Positions 29,187-39,608 of a stretch of DNA of 64,000 nt are shown piece after piece. The notes under the pieces were generated by a model. The model was not told where the DNA came from. It did no database searches and saw only the letters and a program-made list of their open reading frames with translations. The stretch's first letter is position 1. Each line of letters begins with the position of its first letter. The position numbers were made by a program, and so were the translations under genes. Location: sequence record LR756508.1, one strand, 5' to 3'.

Positions 29187-30020
29187 ATGAAGTTTGATAA
29201 CTGCGTTGGAAATCCTCCTTACAATTATCCAAAAATTGGCGGAAAATCAAGCGGAAATGTGTTGTGGCCCGATTTTGTGAAGCGAGGCATCGACAACCAA
29301 CTTTCAAGTCGTGGCTCACTTACTTTCGTCCATCCATCAATTTGGAGAAAACCTGTTGATAGAAACAGCGACGTTCGGCTATGGAATAAGCTTTCCAATA
29401 ATCTAGTTTACTTGAATATAAACGACTCCAAAACAGGTCAAAAAGTTTTTGGGGCCAACACGAAGTTCGATTGGTACGTTTGGAAAGATGGTTATAGCGG
29501 ACTGGCTACTGTAAACGATGAAAATGGAAACAAAATCGAGATTAACTTATCGGAGTGGAGCTTTCTTCCTAACTCTCATTTTAAGTTAATTCAAACGTTA
29601 ATTGCTGGTTCCAACGACAAAAAACAAAAGGTCATATTTGATTCTTCCTACCATGCTTCCCGAACGTTCGTGACCGACAAAAAAGATCTCGCCCACTGTT
29701 ATCCTGTCGTTCATTCTACTGCAGGAGGACGAAATATCAAATATTCGGATCGTCAAGACCGGGGCCATTTTGGAATTCCAAAGCTAATTATTGGAGAAAG
29801 TGGAATCGGTGATCCAATTCTCGATGTGAAAGGTGAATATGGAATGACACAGGGGGCAATGGGCCTTCAAATCGGGAGTGAAAAGGAAGGTGAAAAAATG
29901 CTTGAGGTACTTCAGTCCGAAAAAATGTCCAAGATATTAAATGCCTGCCAGTGGAGTGGGTTTAGAATTGATGCGAGGCTTTTCCATCAGTTTAAAAAAG
30001 ACTGGTATGATAGCCTGTAG
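29187..30020 (+). CDS. N6-adenine MTase C-terminal half (motif IV plus TRD; no motif I)
   Basis: Starts MKFDNCVGNPPY; LWPDFV, FVHPSIW; no FxGxG-type SAM motif. Confidence 0.75.
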   Translation: MKFDNCVGNPPYNYPKIGGKSSGNVLWPDFVKRGIDNQLSSRGSLTFVHPSIWRKPVDRNSDVRLWNKLSNNLVYLNINDSKTGQKVFGANTKFDWYVWKDGYSGLATVNDENGNKIEINLSEWSFLPNSHFKLIQTLIAGSNDKKQKVIFDSSYHASRTFVTDKKDLAHCYPVVHSTAGGRNIKYSDRQDRGHFGIPKLIIGESGIGDPILDVKGEYGMTQGAMGLQIGSEKEGEKMLEVLQSEKMSKILNACQWSGFRIDARLFHQFKKDWYDSL

Positions 30021-30188
30021 TTCATTTTTATTTTCTTTTCTTTTTGCCGTTTCTAAACATATGCAGCGTAAGAATAAAATACCTAAGACTGCATTTCAGA
30101 TAAAAAAATAGTCGGAAGACGGGGATAGGAAAATAAGTTTGATCAGCATTATAACTTTTCTGCATTTTAATTACTTGCTTCGCTAATC

Positions 30189-30959
30189 ATGGAAACGGTT
30201 AATAAGAGAATAAAACTTGGAGAAGATGATATCGAGAGATTCATGGAGGAGTTTAAAAAAAGAGTCGAAGATTTTCATTCCACCCTTCGGGTTTCTCCAA
30301 TAGGCGAACATTTCGAAGACCTGGTTCACCAGGCATTTGTCCGAGCTGAAATTCCTGGAGTGAGATGGGATGGGCTCGATCACAAATCTGGAGCAGATTT
30401 GTTTTTCGACCAGGAGCTTTCACTTCCATTCGATTGGGCAGAAAAGCCCCTCAAAGCTCCTTCCGTAAAAACAAACGTGAAGAGGCAGCAAGACCCCATT
30501 CGCTCAGACATATCTGGAGAGAGGCTTGGAAATATGATGATGGGAGAAGATAAAGATACGGCTTTAAAAGAGGTCTTAAATCTGTTAGCGAATAAAGTGA
30601 ACTATAACTACTACATCCTCCTTACGAGGCGAACCCAGCGAGGAAAAGATTATAACCGAAAGGCTTTAAGAGGAGAAGGTTTTGAAGAATACGAAGTTTT
30701 CCTCATTCCTGCTTCCTACTTCCACCAATTCCTGTATCCAGTTAGTAAGTGGACTCACACCTCAAAAAAGTGGAAAAGAAAGATAGAGAAAGGTTTCAAC
30801 CTGGTTATCACGAAAAGTATGGCGCATCAATATTGGATACAGGGAGTGCCGTACAATGACATTAAAAAATACTCTCTGGGTTCTGTGGAAATCTCACATA
30901 CTTCTATTCTTGATGAACGGTATCCTGCTGAAGATATTGCCAAAAGAAAAGTGCAATAA
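30189..30959 (+). CDS. Putative PD-(D/E)xK restriction-endonuclease-like protein
   Basis: GEHFEDLV...DHKSGADLF...PSVK; lies between MTase halves. Confidence 0.4.
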   Translation: METVNKRIKLGEDDIERFMEEFKKRVEDFHSTLRVSPIGEHFEDLVHQAFVRAEIPGVRWDGLDHKSGADLFFDQELSLPFDWAEKPLKAPSVKTNVKRQQDPIRSDISGERLGNMMMGEDKDTALKEVLNLLANKVNYNYYILLTRRTQRGKDYNRKALRGEGFEEYEVFLIPASYFHQFLYPVSKWTHTSKKWKRKIEKGFNLVITKSMAHQYWIQGVPYNDIKKYSLGSVEISHTSILDERYPAEDIAKRKVQ

Positions 30960-30994
30960 TCAATATCAGCGTAAAATCTCAAAAAACGGTTATT

Positions 30995-31570
30995 ATGAGA
31001 GATCCATATAAAATATTAGAAAACGCTCGGAAAAAGATGGAAGATTATGTGGTGAGCCAACAATCAAGAGATCAGCATGCTGAGGTACATACGCCCTTCG
31101 GACTGATTTCTAACATGCTTTCGCAAATTCCAGAAGAAGAGTGGGATTCGCCTGAAAAAACTTGGTACGATTCATCTGCAGGGATTGCTAATTTCACCGT
31201 TGTTGTAGCAGAAAAGCTTATGGAATCTCTAAAAGATGAATTTTCAGATTCAAAAGAAAGGTACCGTCATATAATGGAAAAACAGATCTACATGGCCGAG
31301 CTTCAAATAAAAAATGTAGTAAAAGCCGGAGAATTATTAAACCCATCTGGAGAACTCAATCTCAACATCAAATGTGTTGATTCCTTGGAGCTTCAAACTG
31401 AATACATGGAACCATCTGACTGGAACCAGCACAGGTTTCGGACGCACTACAAAACAAGCGATTTCTTTAATTATGAACCAAAACCAGAAGAGTTTGAGAA
31501 ACTAGAAAAAGTAAAAGAACTTACCGATAACGAAGAAATTATCGAGAACTTTGAGAAAGGATATAAATAG
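30995..31570 (+). CDS. N6-adenine MTase N-terminal half (motifs X, I-III; no motif IV)
   Basis: AEVHTP, WYDSSAGIANF, QIYMAEL, NIKCVDSL; no NPPY. Confidence 0.72.
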   Translation: MRDPYKILENARKKMEDYVVSQQSRDQHAEVHTPFGLISNMLSQIPEEEWDSPEKTWYDSSAGIANFTVVVAEKLMESLKDEFSDSKERYRHIMEKQIYMAELQIKNVVKAGELLNPSGELNLNIKCVDSLELQTEYMEPSDWNQHRFRTHYKTSDFFNYEPKPEEFEKLEKVKELTDNEEIIENFEKGYK

Positions 31571-31600
31571 ATTTTCTAAAAGGTTTTATTTTTTTAAGAC

Positions 31601-34600
31601 ATGAGCGATTTTCGAAAACAGCTCACTGATTTCCCAATTCAGACCGTAAACATTGGAGACTTCAATCCAAGTGAAGATCAAGTCCGAGACGACGATCATC
31701 TCCTTCTTTATATTACTGAGGTTGAAGGTCCTGATGGAAAGACACATTTTAAGTTCGGCACCACAGAACGTACAAACAGAAGTGGTGAGGTTCGGGGAAA
31801 TTATGCCCGAGAATTATTTCAAGATCGGCTTAATGGGTATTCTACTGAATTACTTCCTAGAAGAACTCTTAGCGGTCTATTCATTCTTCCTCGTTACTAT
31901 AAAGGTGTCCGCTGGACCGACACTAGAATTGGAAATAAGATCTTTAAGGGTCTTCTTGGACTTCAAGAATCTAACAGGTTTCCGCATGCCACCGAGATTG
32001 TAACTAATACGACTATCGAAGAGCTTAAAGATACATTAGTTGAGCAGTTCGGAGGGAGTAAGAAAAAAAGTATTTACAACGATGGGGGATTTCACGATTA
32101 CCAGAAACAAGTTATTGAAAATATATATGGGGCGGTCAAAAAGAGAGTAGAGAATGGGAATAGCGAATCGCTTGATATTTTAGAATACCTGGCCGCACGG
32201 TTTGGAAAAAACCGAACCTTCCTAAAAACAATCAAAGACCTCTGGCAAGATTTCGGCTACGGAGCTTTTATCATTTCTCCATACTGGCTTTCGGTTCATA
32301 ACGGATTTGAACAGTTGATTCGAGAATACCGAGAGTTTGATGACTTTGTTTTTATAGATGCCAGGCCAGATGGCGACAAGAAGTGGGAGGATCGGCTTGA
32401 ATGGGCTTATAAAAACGACGACGTATTTCCCGTTGTTGCCGTAAGCTTGGTGAAAGGTGAAGATTCAAAAAGTGACATTCAAAAAATTACCTACGTTCCT
32501 AAAGATGAGCGTATAACACTAATCGATGAGGCGGATTACGGTGCTCATACTGAAAATAGCGGGAAACTAATAGACTATATTGAAGGCACTGAGCACGCCT
32601 ATAGCTGGGGTCCGAAGCCCGGAGATTCAGTTGCACTTAACATGAAAACAACGGGTTCTGGCCTGGAAAAAATGGCGAAGTATGACATAGATTGGGATAA
32701 AGTTAAATCGATTCCATATCTTGAGCTTGTTCGCCAGAAGAATAATGGGAATCAAAGCCTGCAACACGTCGTTGATCCAATTCTTCGTAGTTGGAATGCT
32801 GAGGATACGCTCGCTGATGAATTGAAGCGGCATTTCCCCCAAGAACAAATCCCATCACTCTACCAGCTTGCACAAAAAGCAGATCAAAACGAACACATCT
32901 GGAGGAAAATTTTTCGAGTCGTTTTCTCTGACTATCCTGACGGAGAATACGGCCCTGCTTCGGGTATGAATGTGGTCAATGAGGCCGTAGAGTCTATTTC
33001 AAACTTCAACAAAGCAAAAGATGGCCTGGGAGTCATGGCGAAAATGCCGTCTGTGAGTAAAGAAAGTCTACTTGCGATAGAAAAGGCAGCCGAAGAGGCA
33101 CTTGACGATTGGGCTGTAATGACCCTCTGTGGGCGAGTTTATGATGAAAACTCAAATGTCGTCTATGAAGGGACAACCAACGTTGAAGCAGAAGATAAGG
33201 TCAAGGGATTTTTGAAAGAAGAGTATGATCCCAAAAAACACGAGCGTGGCGTGCTTATCTTGACTATGGGCATGGGGTTTCGGAGCTTCACGGTTCCTGA
33301 CATTTCAGTCGTTGCTAATTTTTCAGACGGCGGGGAAGCCTCGACAATTGTGCAGGCCGCAAGTAGAGCTTTTTCCCCAAGATACATCAAGTATTTAAGC
33401 GAGGGAGACGAAAAGCAGTTAAAAGAAAAAAATGAGGCGATGTTCGCCGATTACGGCTTCGATCAGTCAAAAACAAAAGATGCCATTACGAAGTTTCTAG
33501 CGCAAAATCTTTTCGCCGAACGGGATTCGGATCGCTCCGACGGCGAATCGATTGGAGAGACGTGGAGACGGATTTATCCTTCGGTGGACGTGATGAAATA
33601 CATGGGAGAAAACCGGAGATTTGGAGAATTAGAACCGAGCAATCTTCTAAGTGAGATTACCGATACAAAGAAGTTTAGCGAAAGAGGCGCTTATAACACG
33701 AACACAAATCCTGCGTACAGATTTGACTCAATTCGAAGAATTTTCGGAAAAGCCAAAAGTCTTGATATATCCAAACATTTTGATGGAAATGTCAATATCG
33801 ATGCTGGAAGTTCAAGCGTAGGTGATCAGAACACTGAAAACCCTGGCGATGATGAAAATGATCTTGACAGCGAAGAACTTGCAGAAAAATCTGCACTTCT
33901 TCGAGGAATGGGATTCACTCTACCTATTTTTGCAGGCGATGAAAACTCAATTTTTGATGCCATCGATAAAATTAAAATGGAAGAAGAACTTCGCGAAGAT
34001 TGGATTAGCCTTTGTGGGATAACCCCTGAAGAGTATAAAAAGCTTCTTCTTCCCACAGAGAACGGAAATACGGTAATGCCTGTTGATGAAATAAGTCTGG
34101 TTTTTCATACCAGAAAAGATACACCTGAAAAAGCGTTGAGGGGAGTTCTAAAGGCAAACCGGCTTTTTGAAATTCCAGACGAAATGATAGAGGAAATGTT
34201 GATTTATGAAGACATTTCTCCCACCGATAAAATTGCTATCATTGACGCTGCAGGACCTAAACTGCTTAAAGAACTTCCAGCGTACTGCAGTGATGAAAAT
34301 ATTATGGTTTTCACTCGATTTCACCTCTTAAAACGACATATTAAAAAAGAATTTCCAAATATCCACGTCAAAGTTGTAGATGTTAAAGATGATGAAAGTA
34401 TTGATGATGCCTACAAAAGAAAAATGAACGAAACTGACATGGACTTCGATTCTGCTATTGGAAATCCACCTTATCATAAAGATGACGATGGACATGGTGC
34501 TTCTTCTACTACAGTTTACGATGATTTCGTAAAACTATCCCAAAGGCTAGCAGAAAAAACTTGTCTTGTAGTTCCTGCTCGCTGGTTCATAGGGGGAAAG

Positions 34601-35368
34601 GGACTCTCGGACTTTCGTAACTGGATGCTTCAAAGAGATGATATAGAAAGTATTCAGTATTGGAATAAAGATAACAATCCTTTCAAAAATACTAAAATTT
34701 CTGGAGGCGTCTGCGTAATATACACAAACAAGAATAAGGATTCTGATAAGGTTCTGCTTAATGGAACTGAAATTAAATTGGACCGATATGACATCATTGT
34801 CTCGGATACCGAGTCGTATCCAATCATCGATTCTGTCCGTGAAAACTCAGACCGTTTTTTGAATGAAATATATGTTCCCTCATCCTTTTCTGGAATTAGT
34901 CCGAGTGATGATGAGTTGTGTGATTCTAAAAAAACCGATAGACACATTCCCTGCTATACTTTTCAACAGGGTGGTTTCAAGCGCTGGGTAGACTTTAAAG
35001 AAACAAAAAATATGAGGAGGGGGGGAGATCAACTTCACGTTCTTACCGTCGAAGCGAATGGAGATGAAACCGATGGGTTCGGAAATACTTTTATCGCTAA
35101 AAGAAACGAAACATTTAGTAAAACCTACATCGGGTTTGAAGTTAGCTCACTGAGAAAGGCGGTGAGTCTTCGGACTTATCTAAACACTAAGTTTGCGAAC
35201 CATATGCTTCGCCTCAGAAAAATTAGCCAGCATATTTCAAGAAAAACTACAAAGTGGGTTCCTATTCCATCTCTTGACCGAATTTGGACAGATGAAGAAC
35301 TAAGAAAGGGGGGGTTTTTTGGTCTTTCAGGTGATCAATGGGACTATATTTTGGAAACTGGTTCTTGA
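31601..35368 (+). CDS. Nuclease-SF2 helicase-N6 MTase-TRD fusion (Type ISP/IIG-like)
   Basis: N-terminal LLYITE..FKFGTT (GIY-YIG/T5orf172-like); ARFGKN, LIDEADYG, QAASR; FDSAIGNPPY, VVPARW, Eco57I-like TRD tail. Confidence 0.7.
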   Translation: MSDFRKQLTDFPIQTVNIGDFNPSEDQVRDDDHLLLYITEVEGPDGKTHFKFGTTERTNRSGEVRGNYARELFQDRLNGYSTELLPRRTLSGLFILPRYYKGVRWTDTRIGNKIFKGLLGLQESNRFPHATEIVTNTTIEELKDTLVEQFGGSKKKSIYNDGGFHDYQKQVIENIYGAVKKRVENGNSESLDILEYLAARFGKNRTFLKTIKDLWQDFGYGAFIISPYWLSVHNGFEQLIREYREFDDFVFIDARPDGDKKWEDRLEWAYKNDDVFPVVAVSLVKGEDSKSDIQKITYVPKDERITLIDEADYGAHTENSGKLIDYIEGTEHAYSWGPKPGDSVALNMKTTGSGLEKMAKYDIDWDKVKSIPYLELVRQKNNGNQSLQHVVDPILRSWNAEDTLADELKRHFPQEQIPSLYQLAQKADQNEHIWRKIFRVVFSDYPDGEYGPASGMNVVNEAVESISNFNKAKDGLGVMAKMPSVSKESLLAIEKAAEEALDDWAVMTLCGRVYDENSNVVYEGTTNVEAEDKVKGFLKEEYDPKKHERGVLILTMGMGFRSFTVPDISVVANFSDGGEASTIVQAASRAFSPRYIKYLSEGDEKQLKEKNEAMFADYGFDQSKTKDAITKFLAQNLFAERDSDRSDGESIGETWRRIYPSVDVMKYMGENRRFGELEPSNLLSEITDTKKFSERGAYNTNTNPAYRFDSIRRIFGKAKSLDISKHFDGNVNIDAGSSSVGDQNTENPGDDENDLDSEELAEKSALLRGMGFTLPIFAGDENSIFDAIDKIKMEEELREDWISLCGITPEEYKKLLLPTENGNTVMPVDEISLVFHTRKDTPEKALRGVLKANRLFEIPDEMIEEMLIYEDISPTDKIAIIDAAGPKLLKELPAYCSDENIMVFTRFHLLKRHIKKEFPNIHVKVVDVKDDESIDDAYKRKMNETDMDFDSAIGNPPYHKDDDGHGASSTTVYDDFVKLSQRLAEKTCLVVPARWFIGGKGLSDFRNWMLQRDDIESIQYWNKDNNPFKNTKISGGVCVIYTNKNKDSDKVLLNGTEIKLDRYDIIVSDTESYPIIDSVRENSDRFLNEIYVPSSFSGISPSDDELCDSKKTDRHIPCYTFQQGGFKRWVDFKETKNMRRGGDQLHVLTVEANGDETDGFGNTFIAKRNETFSKTYIGFEVSSLRKAVSLRTYLNTKFANHMLRLRKISQHISRKTTKWVPIPSLDRIWTDEELRKGGFFGLSGDQWDYILETGS

Positions 35369-35435
35369 ACTTTGAGCTTTGACCACTTCTTTTTAGTATT
35401 AAAGACTTTGTTCTGGTAAAAATATCATATTTTAA

Positions 35436-37289
35436 ATGGTTAATGTTGAGCAGGGAGATGTAAAAGAGGTTTTATCAGGTAAAGAAGAGCACACTTTTGA
35501 TTCGGTTGTTACCGATCCTCCTTATGAGCTTGGTTTCATGGGGAAAAAATGGGATGATAGTGGCATAGCGTTTGATAGGAAGATGTGGTCGGAGGTTTAC
35601 AGGACCATGAAACCCGGCGCTTGGGTCTGCGCTTTTTCTGGCACACGGACCCACCACAGAATGATGGAGGCCATGGATGACGTGGGGTTTGACATGTATG
35701 GCATTTTGATGTGGGTTTACGGGTGTTTGAGTGAGGACACTGAGATATTAACAGAAGACGGGTGGAAGGATCTATACGAATATGATAGCGAAAAGGTGGC
35801 TTGCTGGGATAGTAATAAAAATGAAATACGGCTGTCTTCTATCCATAATAAGTTTGTTTATGAGCACGGTGGGGACATGATCCGCCTCCAAAACTGCTAT
35901 ACAGATCAGCTTCTCACTCCCAATCATCGCGTCTATTATAGAAAAGAACACAAAAACAAAAAAGACCAGTTAAGTAAACAATTTAAGTCAAAAGACTGGC
36001 GTATTGAGCAAGCTCAAAATCTAATAAATGGAGAAACTTTAAACCTTCCGTTATCTTCCTATCATGATGGTGAAGGTATCGGTGGAACACAATATGCTCA
36101 GCTATCAGCCTATTTTTATGCCAGCGGTAAAATTGATGAGGAAAGTAGTAGGGTGAGAATCGTCCAAAACTCTGAAAATCGAGAGCATATAAACCGCCTT
36201 GATAATCTTTTAGAAAAATTAAGAATTAATTTTGAAAAAAAGAAGGGTAAAAATCAACATGAAATTATTTGGCTTATTAAAAAGTCAGAAAATTTGAAAA
36301 AGAGTTTTAATGAAAAAACTCCAGGGTGGAACCTATTATGGAACATGACATTAGAAGAAAAGGAGGTATTTCTTGAAACTACAGTAAATTTAAACGAAAA
36401 TATAACACAGAATCTACATCAAAAAGAACGGAAGAACTGGTTCCAGGCATTATTACACTGTATTGGAAAAGAAGGTATTAACGTTGGAGAAAACGACTTT
36501 CAGTTGAATCTCCATTCGAATTCAACCACTCAAGTTGAGCCTAATAAACAAAGGCGAGTTAAAAATTATAGTGGAAAAGTCTGGTGCGTTGAAACTTCCA
36601 CAGGTGCTTTTATGGCGAGAAGAAACGGAAAAGTGTTTATTACGGGAAACAGTGGGTTTCCAAAAAACCATGACGTTTCCAAAGCTATTGACAAAGAGCT
36701 TGGAAAATACGACGAGCGTGAAGTAGTTGGAAAAAAGTCAACCAAAATCCATTTAGAAAATTTAGGCGATGCTGGATACGGTGAAGAATGGGAAGTAACA
36801 GAGCCATACACCGACGAGGCAAAAAAGTGGGAAGGATGGGGAACTGCTTTAAAGCCTGCCTATGAACCGATAGCACTGGCTAGAAAAAAAGGTGATAGAG
36901 TTAATCCTGATCTCTCGAAGGGTTCCAGATTTTTCTACTGTCCCAAGGCAAAAAGATCAGAGCGAAATATTGGGTGCGAAGACAATGAGCATCCTACGGT
37001 GAAACCTATAGAACTCATTTCTTATCTGGTCCGGTTAATCACTCCTCAAGATGGGAAGGTCCTAGATCCTTTTGTTGGAAGTGGCTCCACTGCTATAAGC
37101 GCAGTATTAGAAAACCGTAGTGGACTCGGGATTGAGTTAGATGAAGAAAGCCACTCCCTCGCTTCTAAAAGAGTAGAGTACGTTAAGAACAACCTGATAC
37201 AAGTCTATGACCAAATTTATAACGATCCTAGTAACAACATAACTAAAAAACAAGCCTCGACAATCGAGCACGGCTTCTGGAGCGAGTGA
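35436..37289 (+). CDS. Beta-class DNA methyltransferase A (intein-containing)
   Basis: VVTDPPYELGFMG, HPTVKP, VLDPFVGSGST. Confidence 0.92.
   Translation: MVNVEQGDVKEVLSGKEEHTFDSVVTDPPYELGFMGKKWDDSGIAFDRKMWSEVYRTMKPGAWVCAFSGTRTHHRMMEAMDDVGFDMYGILMWVYGCLSEDTEILTEDGWKDLYEYDSEKVACWDSNKNEIRLSSIHNKFVYEHGGDMIRLQNCYTDQLLTPNHRVYYRKEHKNKKDQLSKQFKSKDWRIEQAQNLINGETLNLPLSSYHDGEGIGGTQYAQLSAYFYASGKIDEESSRVRIVQNSENREHINRLDNLLEKLRINFEKKKGKNQHEIIWLIKKSENLKKSFNEKTPGWNLLWNMTLEEKEVFLETTVNLNENITQNLHQKERKNWFQALLHCIGKEGINVGENDFQLNLHSNSTTQVEPNKQRRVKNYSGKVWCVETSTGAFMARRNGKVFITGNSGFPKNHDVSKAIDKELGKYDEREVVGKKSTKIHLENLGDAGYGEEWEVTEPYTDEAKKWEGWGTALKPAYEPIALARKKGDRVNPDLSKGSRFFYCPKAKRSERNIGCEDNEHPTVKPIELISYLVRLITPQDGKVLDPFVGSGSTAISAVLENRSGLGIELDEESHSLASKRVEYVKNNLIQVYDQIYNDPSNNITKKQASTIEHGFWSE
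35724..36650 (+). mobile_element. Intein in MTase A (309 aa, Cys1, Gly-Asn end, +1 Ser)
   Basis: WVYG|CLSEDTEILTEDGW...LTPNH...VWCVETSTGAFMARRNGKVFITGN|SGFPK; degenerate LAGLIDADG-like centre (SAYFYASG). Confidence 0.92.
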
Positions 37290-37336
37290 AATGCCATTTC
37301 AATTCTCCACACTCTGAATACAGTTTTCGTTTTCTG

Positions 37337-38626
37337 ATGCAAAAAATTCTTCAGGGTAATTCAAAACAAATACTGAAGGATATTGAGAAAGAGTCCGTCC
37401 ACTCCGTCGTAACTGATCCTCCTTATGAGCTAGGGTTTATGGATCGAGATTGGGATGAAAGCGGAATTGCCTTCGATGAAAACTTTTGGATACAGGCGAA
37501 AAGAGTTTTGAAACCTGGTGGTTACGTGCTATCTTTCGGTGGATCACGAACTCACCATAGACTTATGGTAGCTATCGAAAATGCTGGCTTCGAGATCAAA
37601 GGGTGCTGTATGTGGTTATATAATACAGGATTTCCGAAATCTCACGACGTTTCCCGTGGAATAGACAAAGAATTGGATATGGAGGATAAACGGGAGGTTA
37701 TAGCCACTGAAGAAAGGTATAACGAGCCTTCGGGCCTCGTGAAAGCTGGTCGGGGACCTGAGGCAAGAGAAAAAATTACTCGCGAGATTACAGCTCCCGC
37801 ATCTCAAGAGGCAAAAAAATGGGAAGACTGGGGAACCGCCTTGAAGCCTGCCTACGAGCCAATCGTTATGGCACGAAAACCACTTTCTGAAGACACTATA
37901 GCCGAGAATATTTTAAAGCACTCGGTGGGTGCTATTAATATTGATGGCTGCAGGTTGCCCACCTCCGACGATACGCAGCGGAAAGTTGGAGACAGGCAGA
38001 CTGGTACTTACGATGAAGTCGGTGGAATGTTTGAGAAAGGAAAATACGAAGGAATGAAAGCTGGTGGGCATGAAGACGGAAGATGGCCTACTAACCTGAT
38101 GTTAAACAATAGGGCTACGGTGCTTTTAGACAGACAAGGAGGAAAAACAAAAAGTAAGGTAAGAGAACCGACGGGTGGTAGCCAGTCTTCCAACCGAGTG
38201 GCTATGGGAGAAATAACAACTCCAGATACATCAAAACGGGGGTATAACGACTCAGGTGGAATATCAAGATACTTCTACTCCCCTAAGCCGCACTCGAAGG
38301 AGAAAAATATCGGGTGTGAAGACAACTATCACCCAACTGTGAAGCCAATCGAGTTTATAAGCTATTTAATTCGTCTGGTTACGCCAGAAGACGGAAAAGT
38401 AATGGACCCCTTTCTTGGAAGTGGAACAGGGGCAATAGCTGCACTCTTAGAGGACAAAGATTTTATTGGAATTGAACTAAATGAAGAAAAAGCTGAATTG
38501 TCCAAGAAGCGAGTTGAACATGTAAAAAATAATTTAGAAGATGTAAAAAGACAAATTTTTGGAGACCCAAGTAATGAAATAACAAATAAAGAAAAGTCTA
38601 CAATTGATCATGAATTCTGGGGATAG
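37337..38626 (+). CDS. Beta-class DNA methyltransferase B
   Basis: VVTDPPYELG, HPTVKP, VMDPFLGSGTG; ATG 37337 preferred as start. Confidence 0.92.
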   Translation: MQKILQGNSKQILKDIEKESVHSVVTDPPYELGFMDRDWDESGIAFDENFWIQAKRVLKPGGYVLSFGGSRTHHRLMVAIENAGFEIKGCCMWLYNTGFPKSHDVSRGIDKELDMEDKREVIATEERYNEPSGLVKAGRGPEAREKITREITAPASQEAKKWEDWGTALKPAYEPIVMARKPLSEDTIAENILKHSVGAINIDGCRLPTSDDTQRKVGDRQTGTYDEVGGMFEKGKYEGMKAGGHEDGRWPTNLMLNNRATVLLDRQGGKTKSKVREPTGGSQSSNRVAMGEITTPDTSKRGYNDSGGISRYFYSPKPHSKEKNIGCEDNYHPTVKPIEFISYLIRLVTPEDGKVMDPFLGSGTGAIAALLEDKDFIGIELNEEKAELSKKRVEHVKNNLEDVKRQIFGDPSNEITNKEKSTIDHEFWG

Positions 38627-39602
38627 GGTGAAGTTTACCTCAAAGAAAATTGAAGACCACCTTGTCCATACTTGCATCACTGAGTCCAACGAAACTTCAG
38701 TGGAAACATGGAAAAAAGTTAAAAAATCTTTAAAACCTGGAGGTCACCTGGCAGCGGTTTCCGATAAAAAGACTCATTATAAAGTCACCGCTTCTATCGA
38801 GGACGCTGGTTTCGAGGTTCGTGATACAATTGTTTTTCTTATTCAGTCGGACAGTTTTGAAAGGTTTGAAACTTCCTATAAAGCAGTAACCCTGGCTCGA
38901 AAACCTTTGTCTGAAGATAACACCGCTCAAAACACATTAAAACACGGAACATCTGCCATTAATATTGGCGAGTGTAGAATAGAGTATAATGGTCCGGTTA
39001 AAAGAAGCTTTCGAAAATCTGATGGCACGGGATCAAATGATGCTACCTTCTGGCCTGAAGGAATCCGAAGTTCGAATAGACCTGCCACTCCTACCGAAGA
39101 AGGGAGGTGGCCTACAAATCTTTTGTTGGATTATAAAACCTGTCCGAAGCTTGACTATCAAAGTGGCGTATTATCGAGTGGTGAAAATGCAGTGAGAACC
39201 CAAAACGCATCCGATTCTTATCATGGAGGAGATACTGGCGCGTTTTCTGAAGGTGCAGTAATGACCACTTATGGGGATTCTGGTGGAGCTTCCAGGTATT
39301 TTAATACCCCGAAAGACTTCAATGAAGAGTTTGAAAATAGCGAGTTGACCGGCCTCATGTGCTTTCTTATAAGACTCCTTACTCCTGAAGAAGGATTGAT
39401 ATTTGATCCTTTTTTGTCAACTGGCTCGATTGGAGTAGCTGCGGTTCTCGAAGAAAAAATGTTTATCGGAAAAGGCACTTCTCGTACCGATATTGAGTAT
39501 GCCGCTCAAAATGCTGGCCACCTAAAAGAAAAGTACATGTCCAAAGAAAAGAAAGAAAGCGACTTGGAAGACACAATCAAGCACAACTTCTGGGAAAAAT
39601 AG
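38604..39602 (+). CDS. Degenerate beta-class MTase paralog C (catalytic DPPY lost)
   Basis: HTCITESNE replaces HSVVTDPPY; LKPGGHL, LARKPLSE, AINIG, EGRWPTNL kept; IFDPFLSTGS; no HPTVKP. Confidence 0.75.
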   Translation: MIMNSGDRVKFTSKKIEDHLVHTCITESNETSVETWKKVKKSLKPGGHLAAVSDKKTHYKVTASIEDAGFEVRDTIVFLIQSDSFERFETSYKAVTLARKPLSEDNTAQNTLKHGTSAINIGECRIEYNGPVKRSFRKSDGTGSNDATFWPEGIRSSNRPATPTEEGRWPTNLLLDYKTCPKLDYQSGVLSSGENAVRTQNASDSYHGGDTGAFSEGAVMTTYGDSGGASRYFNTPKDFNEEFENSELTGLMCFLIRLLTPEEGLIFDPFLSTGSIGVAAVLEEKMFIGKGTSRTDIEYAAQNAGHLKEKYMSKEKKESDLEDTIKHNFWEK

Positions 39603-39608
39603 AAAAAT

